Positions 51,448-61,400 of a stretch of 64,000 bases of DNA are shown here, in pieces. The notes under the pieces were generated by a model. The model did no database searches and was not told the origin of the DNA. It saw only the letters and a list, made by a program, of their open reading frames with translations. Position 1 is the stretch's first letter; each line of letters opens with the position of its first letter. A program made the translations under genes and the position numbers. The stretch is taken from contig NC_042999.1 of the NCBI RefSeq assembly GCF_006345805.1, positions 5,022,001 to 5,086,000 of the forward strand, written 5' to 3'. The DNA is from Octopus sinensis (lineage: Eukaryota).

Positions 51448-51905
51448 CATACATATACATATATATATACATATATCGTCGGTTCCATATCGAGTATAAT
51501 ATTAGGAACGGTGGAAGTTTATGTTCGGGAGTCCCTTGAAAAAGGTGTTAATATTAGTAGAGTGTGGTGTGATGCAATCGGTCGGGCACTGACCGAAAAT
51601 ACATAATTCGCAACCGTCCAGGAGACCCGCGTCACCCAAATTCTTCCACAAAAAAGCACTCAACGCACTTCAGAATCTAAATAAAAACATTAATGGCCAA
51701 AACCCCCTCAACTACAAACAAACACGGATGTCCATAAACAAGAGGAAATAAACAAAACGATTGACATAGATCTAGAGACGAAAATATTTCGAAAAAACAC
51801 AAAAAAATACCAATTAAATATTGTTAAATTAATTGACTTACCGTAAGGCAATTCAACTGTTCGAGCATTTTTTAGTGAACTTGCTAAATTTTGCAGAAAT
51901 TCCAT
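5859..51905 (-). CDS. HACE1: HACE1 ortholog (HECT domain and ankyrin repeat E3 ubiquitin ligase), 5' part: 10 coding exons, 268 aa, 3'-incomplete in this window
   Basis: Join of 51842-51905, 20797-20851, 18690-18779, 17868-17972, 13940-14015, 12014-12091, 10268-10321, 7755-7837, 7165-7261 and 5859-5960. All introns are GT-AG and phases are compatible. Translation: [268 protein letters not shown]. This is collinear with vertebrate HACE1 as I recall it ([43 protein letters not shown]). Confidence 0.93.
6253..6670 (+). mobile_element. tRNA-derived SINE family A (~400-450 bp, CORE-like CCTTGGGCAAGT segment, internal TA/TG microsatellite); representative copy
   Basis: A-box TGGCTGTGTGG and B-box GGTTCAGTCCC; tail ...GAAACAAGTAAAAGAG. 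Plus-strand copies at about 4533-4934, 14120-14527, 18832-19176, 22444-22905, 25950-26346, 33005-33395, 38404-38811, 42885-43395. Minus-strand copies at about 9558-9866, 25047-25440, 29285-29626, 44347-44725, 46218-46520, 59830-60222. Confidence 0.88.
7165..7261 (-). CDS. HACE1: HACE1 coding exon 9 ([33 protein letters not shown])
   Basis: Acceptor atattttgtag, donor gtaaat; 97 nt. Confidence 0.93.
7296..7734 (-). mobile_element. Two tandem piggyBac-type MITEs (first truncated), opposite orientation, filling most of HACE1 intron 8
   Basis: AAAAGGGTTAA at 7479-7489, spacer AATATCATGGAGACT (reverse complement of the spacer above, one substitution), second unit 7505-7734. Confidence 0.82.
7755..7837 (-). 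CDS. HACE1: HACE1 coding exon 8 ([27 protein letters not shown])
   Basis: Acceptor ttatttttcag, donor gtaatt; 83 nt. Confidence 0.93.
8394..8745 (-). mobile_element. CR1/L2-group LINE 3' fragment with (ATT)n tail
   Basis: Reverse complement of the 8928-9266 segment; interrupts a family-B SINE. Confidence 0.82.
8803..9266 (+). mobile_element. CR1/L2-group LINE 3' fragment with (ATT)n tail
   Basis: Peptide [22 protein letters not shown]...TRGHIYK...[17 protein letters not shown]...FK is the typical CR1-type ORF2 C-terminus. Confidence 0.85.
10268..10321 (-). CDS. HACE1: HACE1 coding exon 7 ([18 protein letters not shown])
   Basis: Acceptor (tta)n-ttcttatag, donor gtcagt; 54 nt; phase 0-0. 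Confidence 0.92.
12014..12091 (-). CDS. HACE1: HACE1 coding exon 6 ([26 protein letters not shown])
   Basis: Acceptor ttcttttacag, donor gtaagt; 78 nt; phase 0-0. Confidence 0.94.
13265..13720. repeat. Tandem array, 100-bp unit, ~4.5 copies, derived from the RTE-UTR family
   Basis: GT(C/G)CACTCTG recurs at 13281, 13381, 13481, 13581 and 13681. Confidence 0.92.
13940..14015 (-). CDS. HACE1: HACE1 coding exon 5 ([26 protein letters not shown])
   Basis: Acceptor tttctcttcag, donor gtgagt; 76 nt. Confidence 0.93.
16624..17805. mobile_element. piggyBac-type MITE of a second family, expanded by nested insertions
   Basis: Left end TTAACCCTTTAGCATT, right end AATGCTAAAAGGGTTAA. Contains SINE C, an RTE-UTR copy and SINE B. 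Confidence 0.65.
16731..17115 (+). mobile_element. tRNA-derived SINE family C, full length with TSD
   Basis: A-box TGGCCCAGTGG, B-box GTTTCGATTCC; 11-bp TSD ATTATTCTAAA (16720-16730 and 17116-17126). Related pieces at about 11052-11422 (-), 34095-34400 (-), 30985-31270 (-), 44050-44330 (-) and 10730-10950 (+). Confidence 0.88.
17868..17972 (-). CDS. HACE1: HACE1 coding exon 4 (ankyrin: [35 protein letters not shown])
   Basis: Acceptor ctcttgcag, donor gtaagt; 105 nt; TPLHLAA ankyrin consensus. Confidence 0.94.
18690..18779 (-). CDS. HACE1: HACE1 coding exon 3 ([30 protein letters not shown])
   Basis: Acceptor tttttttgcag, donor gtaagt; 90 nt. Confidence 0.92.
20330..20790. repeat. Degenerate (CA)n/(CATA)n microsatellite abutting the HACE1 exon 2 donor
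   Basis: Direct reading of the sequence. Confidence 0.92.
20797..20851 (-). CDS. HACE1: HACE1 coding exon 2 ([18 protein letters not shown])
   Basis: Acceptor ttttttcacag, donor gtaagt; 55 nt; phase 1 to 2. Confidence 0.88.
21294..21984 (+). mobile_element. Three tandem piggyBac-type MITEs (~200-230 bp) separated by a fixed 16-bp spacer
   Basis: Each unit TTAA|CCCTTT...GTAACGAAAGGG|TTAA. Units 21294-21493, 21510-21738, 21755-21984. Spacers AG(C/T)CACCATGATATTT. Confidence 0.85.
23345..23815 (-). mobile_element. CR1/L2-group LINE 3' fragment
   Basis: ORF 23491-23817 encodes the same C-terminal peptide. Another copy at ~39165-39660 (+). Confidence 0.85.
24321..24598. mobile_element. hAT-type MITE with subterminal GGAGTC repeats
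   Basis: TIRs CAGGACTGTGGAGT / ACTCCACAGCCCTG; 8-bp TSD CACAGAAC / CACACAAC (7 of 8); multiple (G)GAGTC motifs. Confidence 0.8.
27860..28355 (+). mobile_element. Short 3' fragment of the RTE family (end of ORF plus 3' UTR)
   Basis: GAGAAGACCCGGCAAGACTAGTGAGACC matches the ORF end at ~2010-2035; same UTR modules and GAT tail. Confidence 0.8.
32418..32985 (+). mobile_element. Probable non-autonomous Helitron 5' portion
   Basis: Starts A|TCTATTATATAAAATCCG followed by (TCTG)n, a common Helitron 5' signature. No CTRR 3' end seen. Confidence 0.5.
34463..34773 (-). mobile_element. Penelope-like terminal-repeat fragment (family H1) with inverted partial copy
   Basis: Minus-strand order is hammerhead motif, AAATAAA, 3' tail, then (TA)n. 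Inverted arms ~34529-34662 and ~34682-34773. 42-bp tandem duplication 34559-34600 / 34601-34642. No ORF, so the Penelope assignment rests on ribozyme plus architecture. Confidence 0.62.
34603..34650 (-). ncRNA. Minimal type I hammerhead ribozyme (dimer-type stem III)
   Basis: 5'-AAAACTGT CCGATGA ACG-GCAA-CGG GAAA CTC-A-GAG TA ACAG GTTTT-3'. Stem I CTGT/ACAG plus AAAA/TTTT; core C3 C4 G A U G A (U4C variant); GCAA tetraloop on stem II; GAAA; stem III ACTC/GAGT with a 1-nt loop; GUA cleavage triplet. Confidence 0.65.
34888..34938 (-). ncRNA. Type I hammerhead ribozyme, identical copy, sense to the HACE1 pre-mRNA
   Basis: Exact reverse complement of 35593-35643. Confidence 0.76.
35593..35643 (+). 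ncRNA. Type I hammerhead ribozyme, canonical core
   Basis: AGCTTC CTGAAGA T-TTC-TCTT-GAA-T GAAA CAG-TTCTAGTC-CTG TA GAAGCT. Stem I 6 bp perfect; CUGAAGA core; stem II 3 bp with a U.U closing mismatch; GAAA; stem III ACAG/CTGT; GUA cleavage predicted 3' of 35637. Confidence 0.78.
40015..40655 (+). mobile_element. RTE 3'-UTR-derived repeat (representative of >20 copies), here with an internal 7x 63-bp tandem array
   Basis: Shared core GGTGGCACGTAAAAAGCACCCACTACACTC...GGAGTGGTTGGCGTTAGGAAGGGCATCCAGCTGTAGAAAC...CCAACCCATGCTAGCATGGAAAACGGACGTTAAAC(GAT)n. Other copies at about 3170-3555, 11480-11930, 12340-12820, 14990-15340, 17180-17750, 18285-18655, 26590-27040, 30400-30790, 31440-31790, 33820-34090, 45760-46135, 47220-47412, 58500-58870, 60500-60935, 62190-62500 and 63040-63380 (-). 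Confidence 0.85.
41164..41644 (+). mobile_element. Two tandem piggyBac-type MITEs with the same 16-bp spacer
   Basis: Units 41164-41392 and 41409-41644; spacer AGTCACCATGATATTT. Confidence 0.85.
42373..42870 (-). mobile_element. Non-autonomous Helitron with internal 3x 100-bp tandem repeat
   Basis: Minus strand: A|TCTTTATATATAAAAG at the 5' end; 3' hairpin CCCGAGCAACGCCAGGCG then CTAG|T. 100-bp units start at 42426, 42526 and 42626. Confidence 0.8.
49452..49779. mobile_element. hAT (Charlie-like) MITE
   Basis: TIRs CAGTGGTTCCCAA / TTGGGAACCACTG; 8-bp TSD TACTACAC / TTCTACAC. A shorter relative lies at ~5052-5151. Confidence 0.82.
50044..51476. repeat. ~1.4-kb compound (TA)n/(TACA)n microsatellite
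   Basis: Direct reading; source of the many spurious Y/I/M/C ORFs. Confidence 0.95.
51842..51905 (-). CDS. HACE1: HACE1 coding exon 1 ([21 protein letters not shown] + 1 nt)
   Basis: ATG in AAAAATGG context at 51905-51903; donor GTAAGT; 64 nt; ARTVELP motif. Confidence 0.88.
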
Positions 51906-52713
51906 TTTTCCTTTTTGTTTTTTCAACTTTCTGCTCGGTTGCTTCCTCTTCCAGAAAAAGAAAACAACACAACAGTATTTTGGACCCCCCGTTATAATAG
52001 GTTTTGGTCGTTGGATTCTAGGACTGATTCAATGAGGATCTTTTTACTTTTATCTTTATTTCAATCACATCCACATTACTTAGTGTGTTTGGACAGCATA
52101 AAGATCCTTCGGCACTTCCAACCACAGGACACGAAACTAGATATAAATAAACATGTGCAGTGAGTGTATATATATATATTAGTGTGTGTGTGTGTAGATT
52201 GTCACGTATATATAAACAGCAACGCGAACCGATAAAGACGCGAGGCTTTTAAAACTAACTAAAAAATGGTCAGAATCGGGGCTTTTATTAAATGTTCACA
52301 TGGATAATATAATATAATATAGTCTATTCCATGGTTAAACGTTTATTTTCCGAGTTTTTTTCCATTTGCCGTTCGTCATTTGTCAATGTTTGGTGGTCGC
52401 AGATTCTTGTTTCCTGGTTTTTGGTGAGGAAGAAATCAGGAATTTCGCCTCATTTTTTCATCGTAGAACAACAAATCCATTTTCGAATATTTACATCCTT
52501 TAGGTTTTCCGTTTTCTCTCTCTTTCGATGTCGGTAATGAAGCGAGAAACACTGTGGTTAAATAGATCCATCGCGATTTTGGCCTAAAAACAATTCCCAG
52601 CCACACCTGAACAGCACCAGATCCTGGTCGGGAATAACTCCAGAGCTGTATAACTCTTCTATTCATGAGAATACAAATAGCCGGGTGGCGACAGAAAGAA
52701 CCGTGAAACCCAG
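51906..52713. promoter_or_regulatory. Putative HACE1 5' UTR/promoter, possibly bidirectional
   Basis: Repeat-free, visibly CpG-retaining sequence directly upstream of the HACE1 ATG, bounded by TA arrays. A plus-strand donor-like CAG|GTATTT at 52713. TSS not determinable. Confidence 0.45.
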
Positions 52714-52755
52714 GTATTTGCGTTCAAATACCAGTTTTAGCAGGGCAGGCCAAAC

Positions 52756-53120
<365 letters not shown>

Positions 53121-53259
53121 TCATCATCATCATCATCATCGTTTAGCGTCCGTTTTCCATGCTAGCATGGGTTGGACGGTTCTACTGGGGTCTGTGAAGC
53201 CAGAAGGCTTCATCAGGCCCAGTCAAATCTGGCAGTGTTTCTACGGCTGGATGCCCTTC

Positions 53260-53315
<56 letters not shown>

Positions 53316-53537
53316 ACAATTTCATTATTATATATATTATTATTATAAATATATATATATATATGTATATATTTCAAGAAAATCTAAGAATTAATATTAA
53401 AAATTGAAAAATATTTTCAAATTAACATAACTGGTTGTTTCATATTCTAAACTGTTTAAGGATTTAAAAATAAAATAATTATGTTAGACACACACACACA
53501 TGTATATTATATATATATATATATATATATATCAAAA

Positions 53538-56500
53538 AATTTGATGAGAGGGAGGAGGTGCTACAGACGTCGGACATAGAAGGGAGCTGGAAATTCCTAT
53601 GGGACAGCTTGCTGAGTGCCACAGACCAAGTCTGTGGATGGTGCAAAGTCCCTTCCAGACCTCTAGAGTTACGTGGTGGTGGAATAGTGCAGTAGACAAA
53701 GCCATTAGTGCAAAGAAACAGGCCTAGAAAGCCTGGAGGGATGGGGGTAGCAGGGAACTGTACCAGGTAGCCAAAAGGAAGGCTGGGCAGCAGGTATACA
53801 TAGCCAAAGATGTAGCAGAAAAGAAGAAGTTCGCCAATGTCCAGCGACGTGAGGACCAAAGAACTGAGGTATTTCGGATTGCTAGACAGTGTGAGAAAAA
53901 ATAGTTACAGGAGAGAAATGTGTCCGCATGGATGATGGGGCACTCGCTTTTAATGACGGTGAAAAGAAAGAGGCTTGGAGAAGCCATTATGAAAGACTGC
54001 TGAATAAGGAGAATGAATGGGAGGAGGAGAGCCTGCCAAATGTTGACCCAGTAGAGGGACCAGCTATCCGAATAGACAGCTCCCTTGTTTGGCATCCTTT
54101 CTGTCTCGGGAGACAATGGAGTTGCGCATTTTTTTTTTTTTTTTTTTTTTTTTTTAGGTCTAGTCCGGCTGTTATATTTTATTTCCTGTTACATTTCTTG
54201 CTGTGGCTGTGTAGTCCTATCCTGGACAAACACTCCCTCTGGCAGGTACTGCAAATGTAGCGAAGACTGTTCCTGGCTGGTTGTAGTGCCATGGTCTCTT
54301 GTTTATGTCTCTTCCTTTCTTTCCATTTCTCCTCTCTCTTTCTGTCACTCCTCTGTATACCCTCTTTTACTGTACGTCGCCATTCTCCACGGTTGCCGGC
54401 GACTGCCTCCCAACCGCTAATGTTGATGTTGCAGGCCTTCATATCCCTTTTGCAAACATCCTTGTAACGTAAGATCGGTCTACCCACAGACCTAGTACCC
54501 CTAGCAAGCTCTCCGTAGAGTATGTCCTTGGGGATTCTGCCATCTTTCATACGGCTAACATGCCCAAGCCATCTCATACGTCTTTGTGTGAGGAGTGCAA
54601 ACAAACTACAGCTCCCTTGTAGTTAAGGCAATTAAGGGTATGAAACCAGGTAAAGCCCCCGGCCCATCAGGAATCACTGCTGAGATGCTTAAAACAGCTG
54701 GTTATGTGGGCTATGGCCTAGTCACCCGCATTGTAAACCAGGTAGTTCATAATGGAGTCATACCCAATGACTGGCGTAGCAGCACCATAGTCAACTGCTA
54801 CAAGGGTAAGGGTGATGCTCTAGATAGAAATAACGACAGGGGTATTAAACTGTTGGATCAGGTGATGAAGGTCTCAGAGAGGGTCATAGCCCATCTCATT
54901 AGGGAGAGAATTTGCTTAGATGAGATGCAGTTCGATTTTGTGCCAGGTAGAAGCACCACTAATGCTATATTCCTGGTCCGACAACTGCAGGAGAATTACC
55001 TAGCTAAAGATAAACCCCTCTACATAGCTTTTGTGAACTTGGAGAAAGCCTTTGACAGGGTCCCCCGATCCCTTATCTGGTGGTCGATGCGGAAACTGGA
55101 GATTGATGAATGGCTAATAAGGCTTGTACAGGCTCTATACAGAGAGGCTGTCAGCAAGGTTAGGATTGGCAACGAATATAGTGAAGAATTCCGGGTAGAA
55201 GTAGGTGTACACCAAGGCTCAGCCCTCAGTCCCCTTTTATTCATCATAGTCCTCCAGGCAATAACAGACGAATTCAAAACAGGTTGCCCCTGGGAGCTCC
55301 TCTATGCTGATGACCTGGCTCTCATAGCAGAATCACTACTGGAACTAGAAAAGAAATTTCAGGTGTAGAAGCAAGGGTTAGAATCAAAGGGCCTTAGAGT
55401 AAATGTAGCAAAGACCAAAGTTATATTAAGCAGAAAGGCGAACTCAGCACACACACCCTCGGGCAGGTGGCCCTGCTCGATCTGTAGGAAAGGTGTAGGT
55501 AGAAACTCCATAAGATGTACCCAGTGTAAGCTATGGACGCATAAGAGGTGCAGCAACATTAAAGGGAAATTAACTGATAAGATAGTTTTCATGTGCGGCC
55601 AATGCACAGGGACAATAGACACCACAGATACTCAGAAAACAGATTCCATCACACTCCAGGGGAAGAAACTAGAAGTATTTGATAGTTTCCGCTACCTGGG
55701 TGACCAAGTTAGTAGTGGAGGTGGATGCTCAGAGAGTGTCACCACTAGAATACGAATAGCCTGGGCTAAGTTTAGAAAGCTCCTACCCCTACTGGCGACA
55801 AAGGGTCTCTCACTCAGAGTGAAAGGTAGATTGTATGATGCATGTGTGCGAACTGCCATGCTTCACGGTAGTGAAACATGGGCCGTGACTGCAGAGGACA
55901 TGCGTAGACTTGAAAGAAATGAAGCTAGCATGATCCGCTGGATGTGTAATGTCAGTGTGCACTCACGACAGAGTGTAAGCACCCCGAGAGAAATGCTGGA
56001 CATAAGAAGCATCAGATGTGGTGTGCAAGAGCGACGCTTGCGATGGTATGGTCATGTACTGCGGATGGATGAGGAGAGATGTATGAAGAAGTGCCACTCC
56101 CAAACAGTTGAAGGTATCAGGGGGAGAGGTAGACCCAGGAAGACATGGGATGAGGTAGTCAAGCATGACCTCAGAGCGTTGGGCCTCATAGAGGCAATGG
56201 CGAAGGACCGAGATCTCTGGAGATATGCTGTGACTGCAAAGACCCGGGCTGCTTCCTGCATTAGTTCTGCATAGCCCCTGCCCATTCAAAGTATCTTGGA
56301 TACCAGAACATCCCGCTGTGCTTGAGGAGACCTATTGAGTCAAGTACATGAACATCGAAATAAATATCAATGGAAATAGTAGTTGTGATACCTGTGCCGG
56401 TGGCACATAAAAAGCACCATCCGAACGTGGCTGATGCCAGCGCCGCCTCGACTGGCTTCCATGCCGGTGGCACGTTAAAAGCACCAATCGATCGTGGATG

Positions 56501-56713
56501 ATGCCAGACTCCCCTGGCACCTGTGCTGGTGGCACGTAAAAAGCAGCCACTACACTTGCAGAGTGGTTGGCGTTAGGAAAGGCATCCAGCTGTAGAAACA
56601 CTGCCAGATCAGACTGGAGCCTAGTGCAGCCCCTGGCTCCCAGACCCCGGTCGAACTGTCCAACCTGTGCTGGCGCGGAAAACGGACATTAAAGGATGAT
56701 GATGATGATGATG
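53538..56713 (+). mobile_element. Second RTE-clade LINE of the same family, degenerate (premature stops, nested insertion)
   Basis: ORF pieces 53928-54088, 54595-55368 and 55591-56274 align with the 48-2030 protein. TGG to TAG stop at ~55366 (FQV*KQG). Same 3' UTR modules and (GAT)n tail. Confidence 0.92.
54089..54607 (-). mobile_element. 5'-truncated RTE (BovB-like) LINE nested in the RTE above
   Basis: ORF 54179-54604: RRMRWLGHVSRM, RPILRYKD, C-terminal CxxC...HxxxC finger. Flanked by an exact 13-bp TSD ACAGCTCCCTTGT (54076-54088 and 54608-54620). Confidence 0.88.
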
Positions 56714-59700
56714 ATATATATATATATATATAGAAGTCCCTGACTACCACTAAAGTACTTTTATTAACTTTGGAAACACTACTGAAGCCAACTAAGGAGA
56801 AAAAGAATTTTAAAAAATATCAATGGTTCTTCTATGACATTTCTATCCTTAAAAATTTCAACAAGGCAAATTAAGTCCAATTATAACAGCATTAATATGT
56901 GTCTCTTAATTTATTTATTTATTTTGCAAGAAATAGAAACTTTTAAGGAATAGAAAAATATTAAGATATTTGCTAAAAAATCAAAAATCAATGACTGTAA
57001 CTTATAAACTTATAAATTTATATTTTAACTTCACAGTGTCACACAAGTTCCATGTCCAAGAGGTGGTAGTGACACATGAGGGATGGAAACACAAAAAGCA
57101 GAGTAAGTTGTAAGCATAGCAAGAGAGGTAAGGAGCAAAAGGTGGTGGACAGAATGAGTCCGTACAAGAATTTAAGGCTATTCAATGTCTTCTCGTCAGC
57201 TGTGTGGTAGGAGGTTTCCTGCCCAACCACCTGGTTCCATTCCACTGTAGGGAACCTTGGGCATGTCTTCTACTACAACCTTGAGTCGACTAAAGTTTTG
57301 TGAGTGGATTTGGTTGATGGAGACTGAAAGAGGCCTATCGTGTATTTGTGTGTGTGTGCCTATCCCCCACCACTGCTTGACAGTTTACATCCCGAGACCA
57401 ATAGAATAAGAACCAGGCTTTACAAAATTTTTTAAAAGGTACTGGGGTCAATTCATTTGATTAAAATTCATCATCATCATCCTTTAACGTCTGCTTTCCA
57501 TGCTAGCATGGGTTGGACGATTTGACTGAAGTCTGGCAAACCAGACGGCTGCACCAGGCTCCAATATGATCCAGTGGAGATTCTACAGCTGGATGCCCTT
57601 CCTAACGTCAACCACTCCAAGAGTGTAGTGGGTGCTTGTTACGTGCCACCAGCACAATGGCCAGTCAGGCGGTACTGGCAACGGCCACACTTGAACTTTA
57701 AGGTAATGCCCCAGCATGGCCACAGTCTAATGACTGAAAGAAGTAAAAGATGAAAGGTAGTTATCTCATGACCCCTTTGTGCTCTTTGATATTTACGCTC
57801 AATAAGAAAGTAAACTTACAAGTTTGGTATCTTTTTTTTCTTTTTTGTTAGTTCACCCAGAAGAGGTTACTTCTCTGTAATGGTGGTCTGTCTTGGATTC
57901 TGAATTCATACCCCACACAAGACCATGGAGATACCATAACACTTATCATCTGACATTCCACTAAACCACTTGGCTCAGTTGGTACTTACCTATCGATTCA
58001 AAAACAATGGAAAGCAAAGTACTGGGGGCCAATTCCTTTGACCAAAATTCTGGTCAGCTGAGGAGGTACCTGGGCTCCATGTCTGTTTTGGTATAGTTTC
58101 TACTGCTGGATACCCTTCCTAATGCCAACCACTTTACACAGTGTACCGGGTACTTTTATGCAGCATGTGTACTTTTACCTAACACTGGCACAGGTGCATT
58201 TTATGTGGCACTGGCACCCATGAACCCACAAGATTAGGAATATTCAGCTAACTCCAGTAGCCTACACCTTCCTCATTTGTGGAACCAAAGCTGTAACCTC
58301 CATGTGCCCCATGAGATCCATAGGAGTGCTGTCCAGTATATCGGTTGAACTCACTGGTCAAGATAATCAATTTGTCATTTGTCTTGACGAAGACCGAGAC
58401 CCTCTGAGATAGGCTGTGACTGTTAAAACCCGACGAACGAAGTGAGTTCATGGCTCGCAGGACGGCCTGCTGTGCGAACCTTGGATTGTAGAGTGAACCG
58501 CTGTTCTTGAGGAGACCTATTGGGTCAGGTACATCAAAATAAAAATCAAATGGAAATTGTAGTTGAGATACCCGTACCGTTGACATGTAAAAAGTACCGT
58601 TTGAACGCGGCAGGTGCCAGTGCTGCCTGACTGGCGTCCATGTCGGTGACACGTAAAAGCACCAACCGATCATGGCCATTTGCCAGCCTCCCCTGGCGCA
58701 TAAAAAACACCCACTACACTCATGGAGTGGTTGGTGTTAGGAAGGGCATCCAGCTGTAGAAACACTGCCAGATCAGACTGGAGCCTGGTGCAGCCTCCTG
58801 GCTTCCCAGATCCCGGTCGAACCATCAAACCCATGCTAGCATGGAAAACGGATGTTAAACGATGATGATGTAGAGTGAAAAGAACTTGGGGCAAATACAG
58901 AGATAAGGGTAACTGTTGATTTATCTAAGACTAGTCTCAACTTAACTATCCAATCAGTCACTCTGACTACTTCAATGAATTTATCTCCCAAAAGTACGCT
59001 TACGACACTCAACCTCCTGTCGCTGCTGCCTACCCCAAATATTTCAACTGTACTTTATCCATGAAATTGTGGATTTGAATGGAAGGGTGGAAAGATTGTT
59101 ATCAGCACCAGAGAAGACGAAGGTTTATGCAAACATTTGCCAGATGGTAGAAGACTCTAGTACATGACTAAGTCTTTTGTTACTAACCCACTCAAAGAAT
59201 TTTATTAGCTTATATTACCAACTTGCCCATTCACACCGGAAATAACTTATTCATACTTAAATGATATCTTCAGCACAAACATTGTTAGTACGTCCCAGAA
59301 AACACAAAACACTTGATGTCAATCTGTAAACAATTCAGTTACAGTATCCAACTTTTATTTAGCATGACATCTGACCTCTGTGAATGTTTAGAAATTTATT
59401 TTTCTAAATTTTTATTCTTTGTTTTTCTGAAAATTTTTAAAACCAGCTTCATGTTGTCGAATAGTGAATAAGAATTTGAAGACACGAGTGGGGAAAAAAG
59501 GCAAGTAAAATATATGATGAACACAAAGAGAAAAAAAGCACCACACGGTGTGGGATTATGAATAGGATATTTCAATTTCCGAAAGTGAAACCAGCGATCC
59601 CGACAGCAACAAAGAAAATAGATTTTGTGGATCAAAAGTTTGAAAACTGTTTTTGTTAATGATTTTTGTGAACAGAGTGGACCTAGTAACAGTGTTGCCC

Positions 59701-60971
59701 AGGAGACAAAACCTTTAGACATTCCCCGCTCCCACCTCTTAGCTTGTTCAAAACAATTACAGCAGAAGCACATCATAATGCTGAATATAAACAAAAATAT
59801 GCCCACTCCATTAACCCTTATTACTATTTTCTCTTTTACTTGTTTCAGTCATTTGACTGCGGCCATGCTGGAGCACCGCCTTTAGTCAAGCAAATCGACC
59901 CCGGGACTTATTCTTTGTAAGCCCAGTACTTATTCTATCGGTTTCTTTTGCCGAACAGCTAAGTAACGGGGACATAAACACACCAGCATCGGTTGTCAAC
60001 CAATGCTAGGGAGACAAACACAAACACATACACACACACTTATATACATATACATATATACGACAGGCTTCTTTCAGTTTCCGTCTACCAAATCCACTCA
60101 CAAGGCATTGGTCGGCCTGGGGCTATAGCAAAAGACACTTGCCCAAGATGTCACGCAGTGGGACTGAACCCGGAACCATGTGGTTGGTTAGCAAGCTACT
60201 TACCACACAGCCACTCCTGCGCCTACACAGATTTTTTTTACCCATGTTCTTTGCCTGTGAGGAACCTGGCAGAAGCCACACACCCCTCCAGCTTCCCTCT
60301 TGAATGCAACACACATCTACATGCCTTCGTTCAAGTGTCTCAACAATCTCACCAGACCTACCTTTCAATGTGTCCACTGTAAGGGTGAGGAAAGGGTGGC
60401 AAGAGGAAATGGGGGTATAGGGGACAGCATTCTGCATCTGCAAAGGTTTGCCAAATACATCATATAAATTCATAAGTTTCATCTGGCATTTGATTTACAG
60501 GCACCATTCGAGTGTAATCATAACCAGCATCACCTTACTGGCACTTATGCCTTTGCTAGTAGGGTGCCAAGAGCACTATCTGAGCATGATCGTTGCCAGA
60601 GCAGCCAACCGGCTTCCATGCCAGTGGCACGTAAAAGGGCACCATTCGAGTGTGATTACCAACGTCGCCTTACTGGCACCTGTGCCGGTGGCATGTGTAA
60701 AAGATTCGAGCGAGGTCATTGCCAGTACCACCTGACTGGCCTTTGTGCTGGTGGCATGTAAAAGCACCCACTACACTCTCGGAGTGGTTGGCGTTAGGAA
60801 GGGCATCCAGTTGAAGAAACTCTGCCAGATCAAGATTGGAGCCTGGTGCGGCCGTCTGGTTCGCCAGCCCTCAGTCAAAATCGTTCAACCCATGCTAGCA
60901 TGGAAAGCGGACATTAAACGATGATGATGATGATGGATAACAGGAAATAAAAGGGGTGTTTTTTTTTTATG

Positions 60972-61400
60972 CCCAGCTTCAGCAGGAGATGCATACTGTA
61001 TGTAGTCTCGGGCTGTATGGGCTGCGGTCTCACATCCACCCTTAACTCTCATTTACAACTGGACAGGGCTTAGTGCCTCGCTCTGGTCATCCCTGATTGA
61101 TCTACATGCTATCCTGGCTACAACTTGTGGAAGGACATTGCCCAACATTATTGGATGGAAGCATCTGTCCTTCTTCTCCAGCGCAATCAGAGTAGCTGAA
61201 AAGAGATGTTGGGCATGGCGAAGGTAATCCATACAAAGAGGACAAAAGCAAACATACTCTTGCCTCAGCAGAGTTTGGTGGGATCAAACCTCTGAGGTTG
61301 TCGGGTCACAGGCCATCTACTCCACCAATGCTGCTCATAGGGATTCCAGAGTGGCAGCCACATCACCATTGGATGCAGTCAACTGTTGGGGATTAGGAAA
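60972..61400 (-). pseudogene. Degenerate reverse transcriptase fragment resembling CRE-clade non-LTR elements
   Basis: Two frames: IPMSSIGGVDGL*PDNLRGLIPPNSAEARVCLLLSSL and HLFSATLIALEKKDRCFHPIMLGNVLPQVVARIACRSIRDDQSEALSPVQL*MRVKGGCETAAHTARDYI. These resemble the CRE-type pattern G.DGLRP.HL / A.LIAL.KKDGG.RPIA.G..LRRL / L.P.QLGVGV.GGCEAA.H. Confidence 0.65.

Noticed and set aside
50237-51488. Many long Y/I/M/C/V-rich ORFs (also 20256-20951 H/T-rich, 35252-35482 F-rich, 52885-53139)
   Set aside because: Translations of (TA)n, (TACA)n, (CA)n and (TTTTTA)n microsatellites, which lack stops in some frames.
51906-51926. In-frame N-terminal extension MKKQKGK of HACE1 in the ORF track
   Set aside because: It begins at TTG, not ATG; the first in-frame ATG with good context is 51905.
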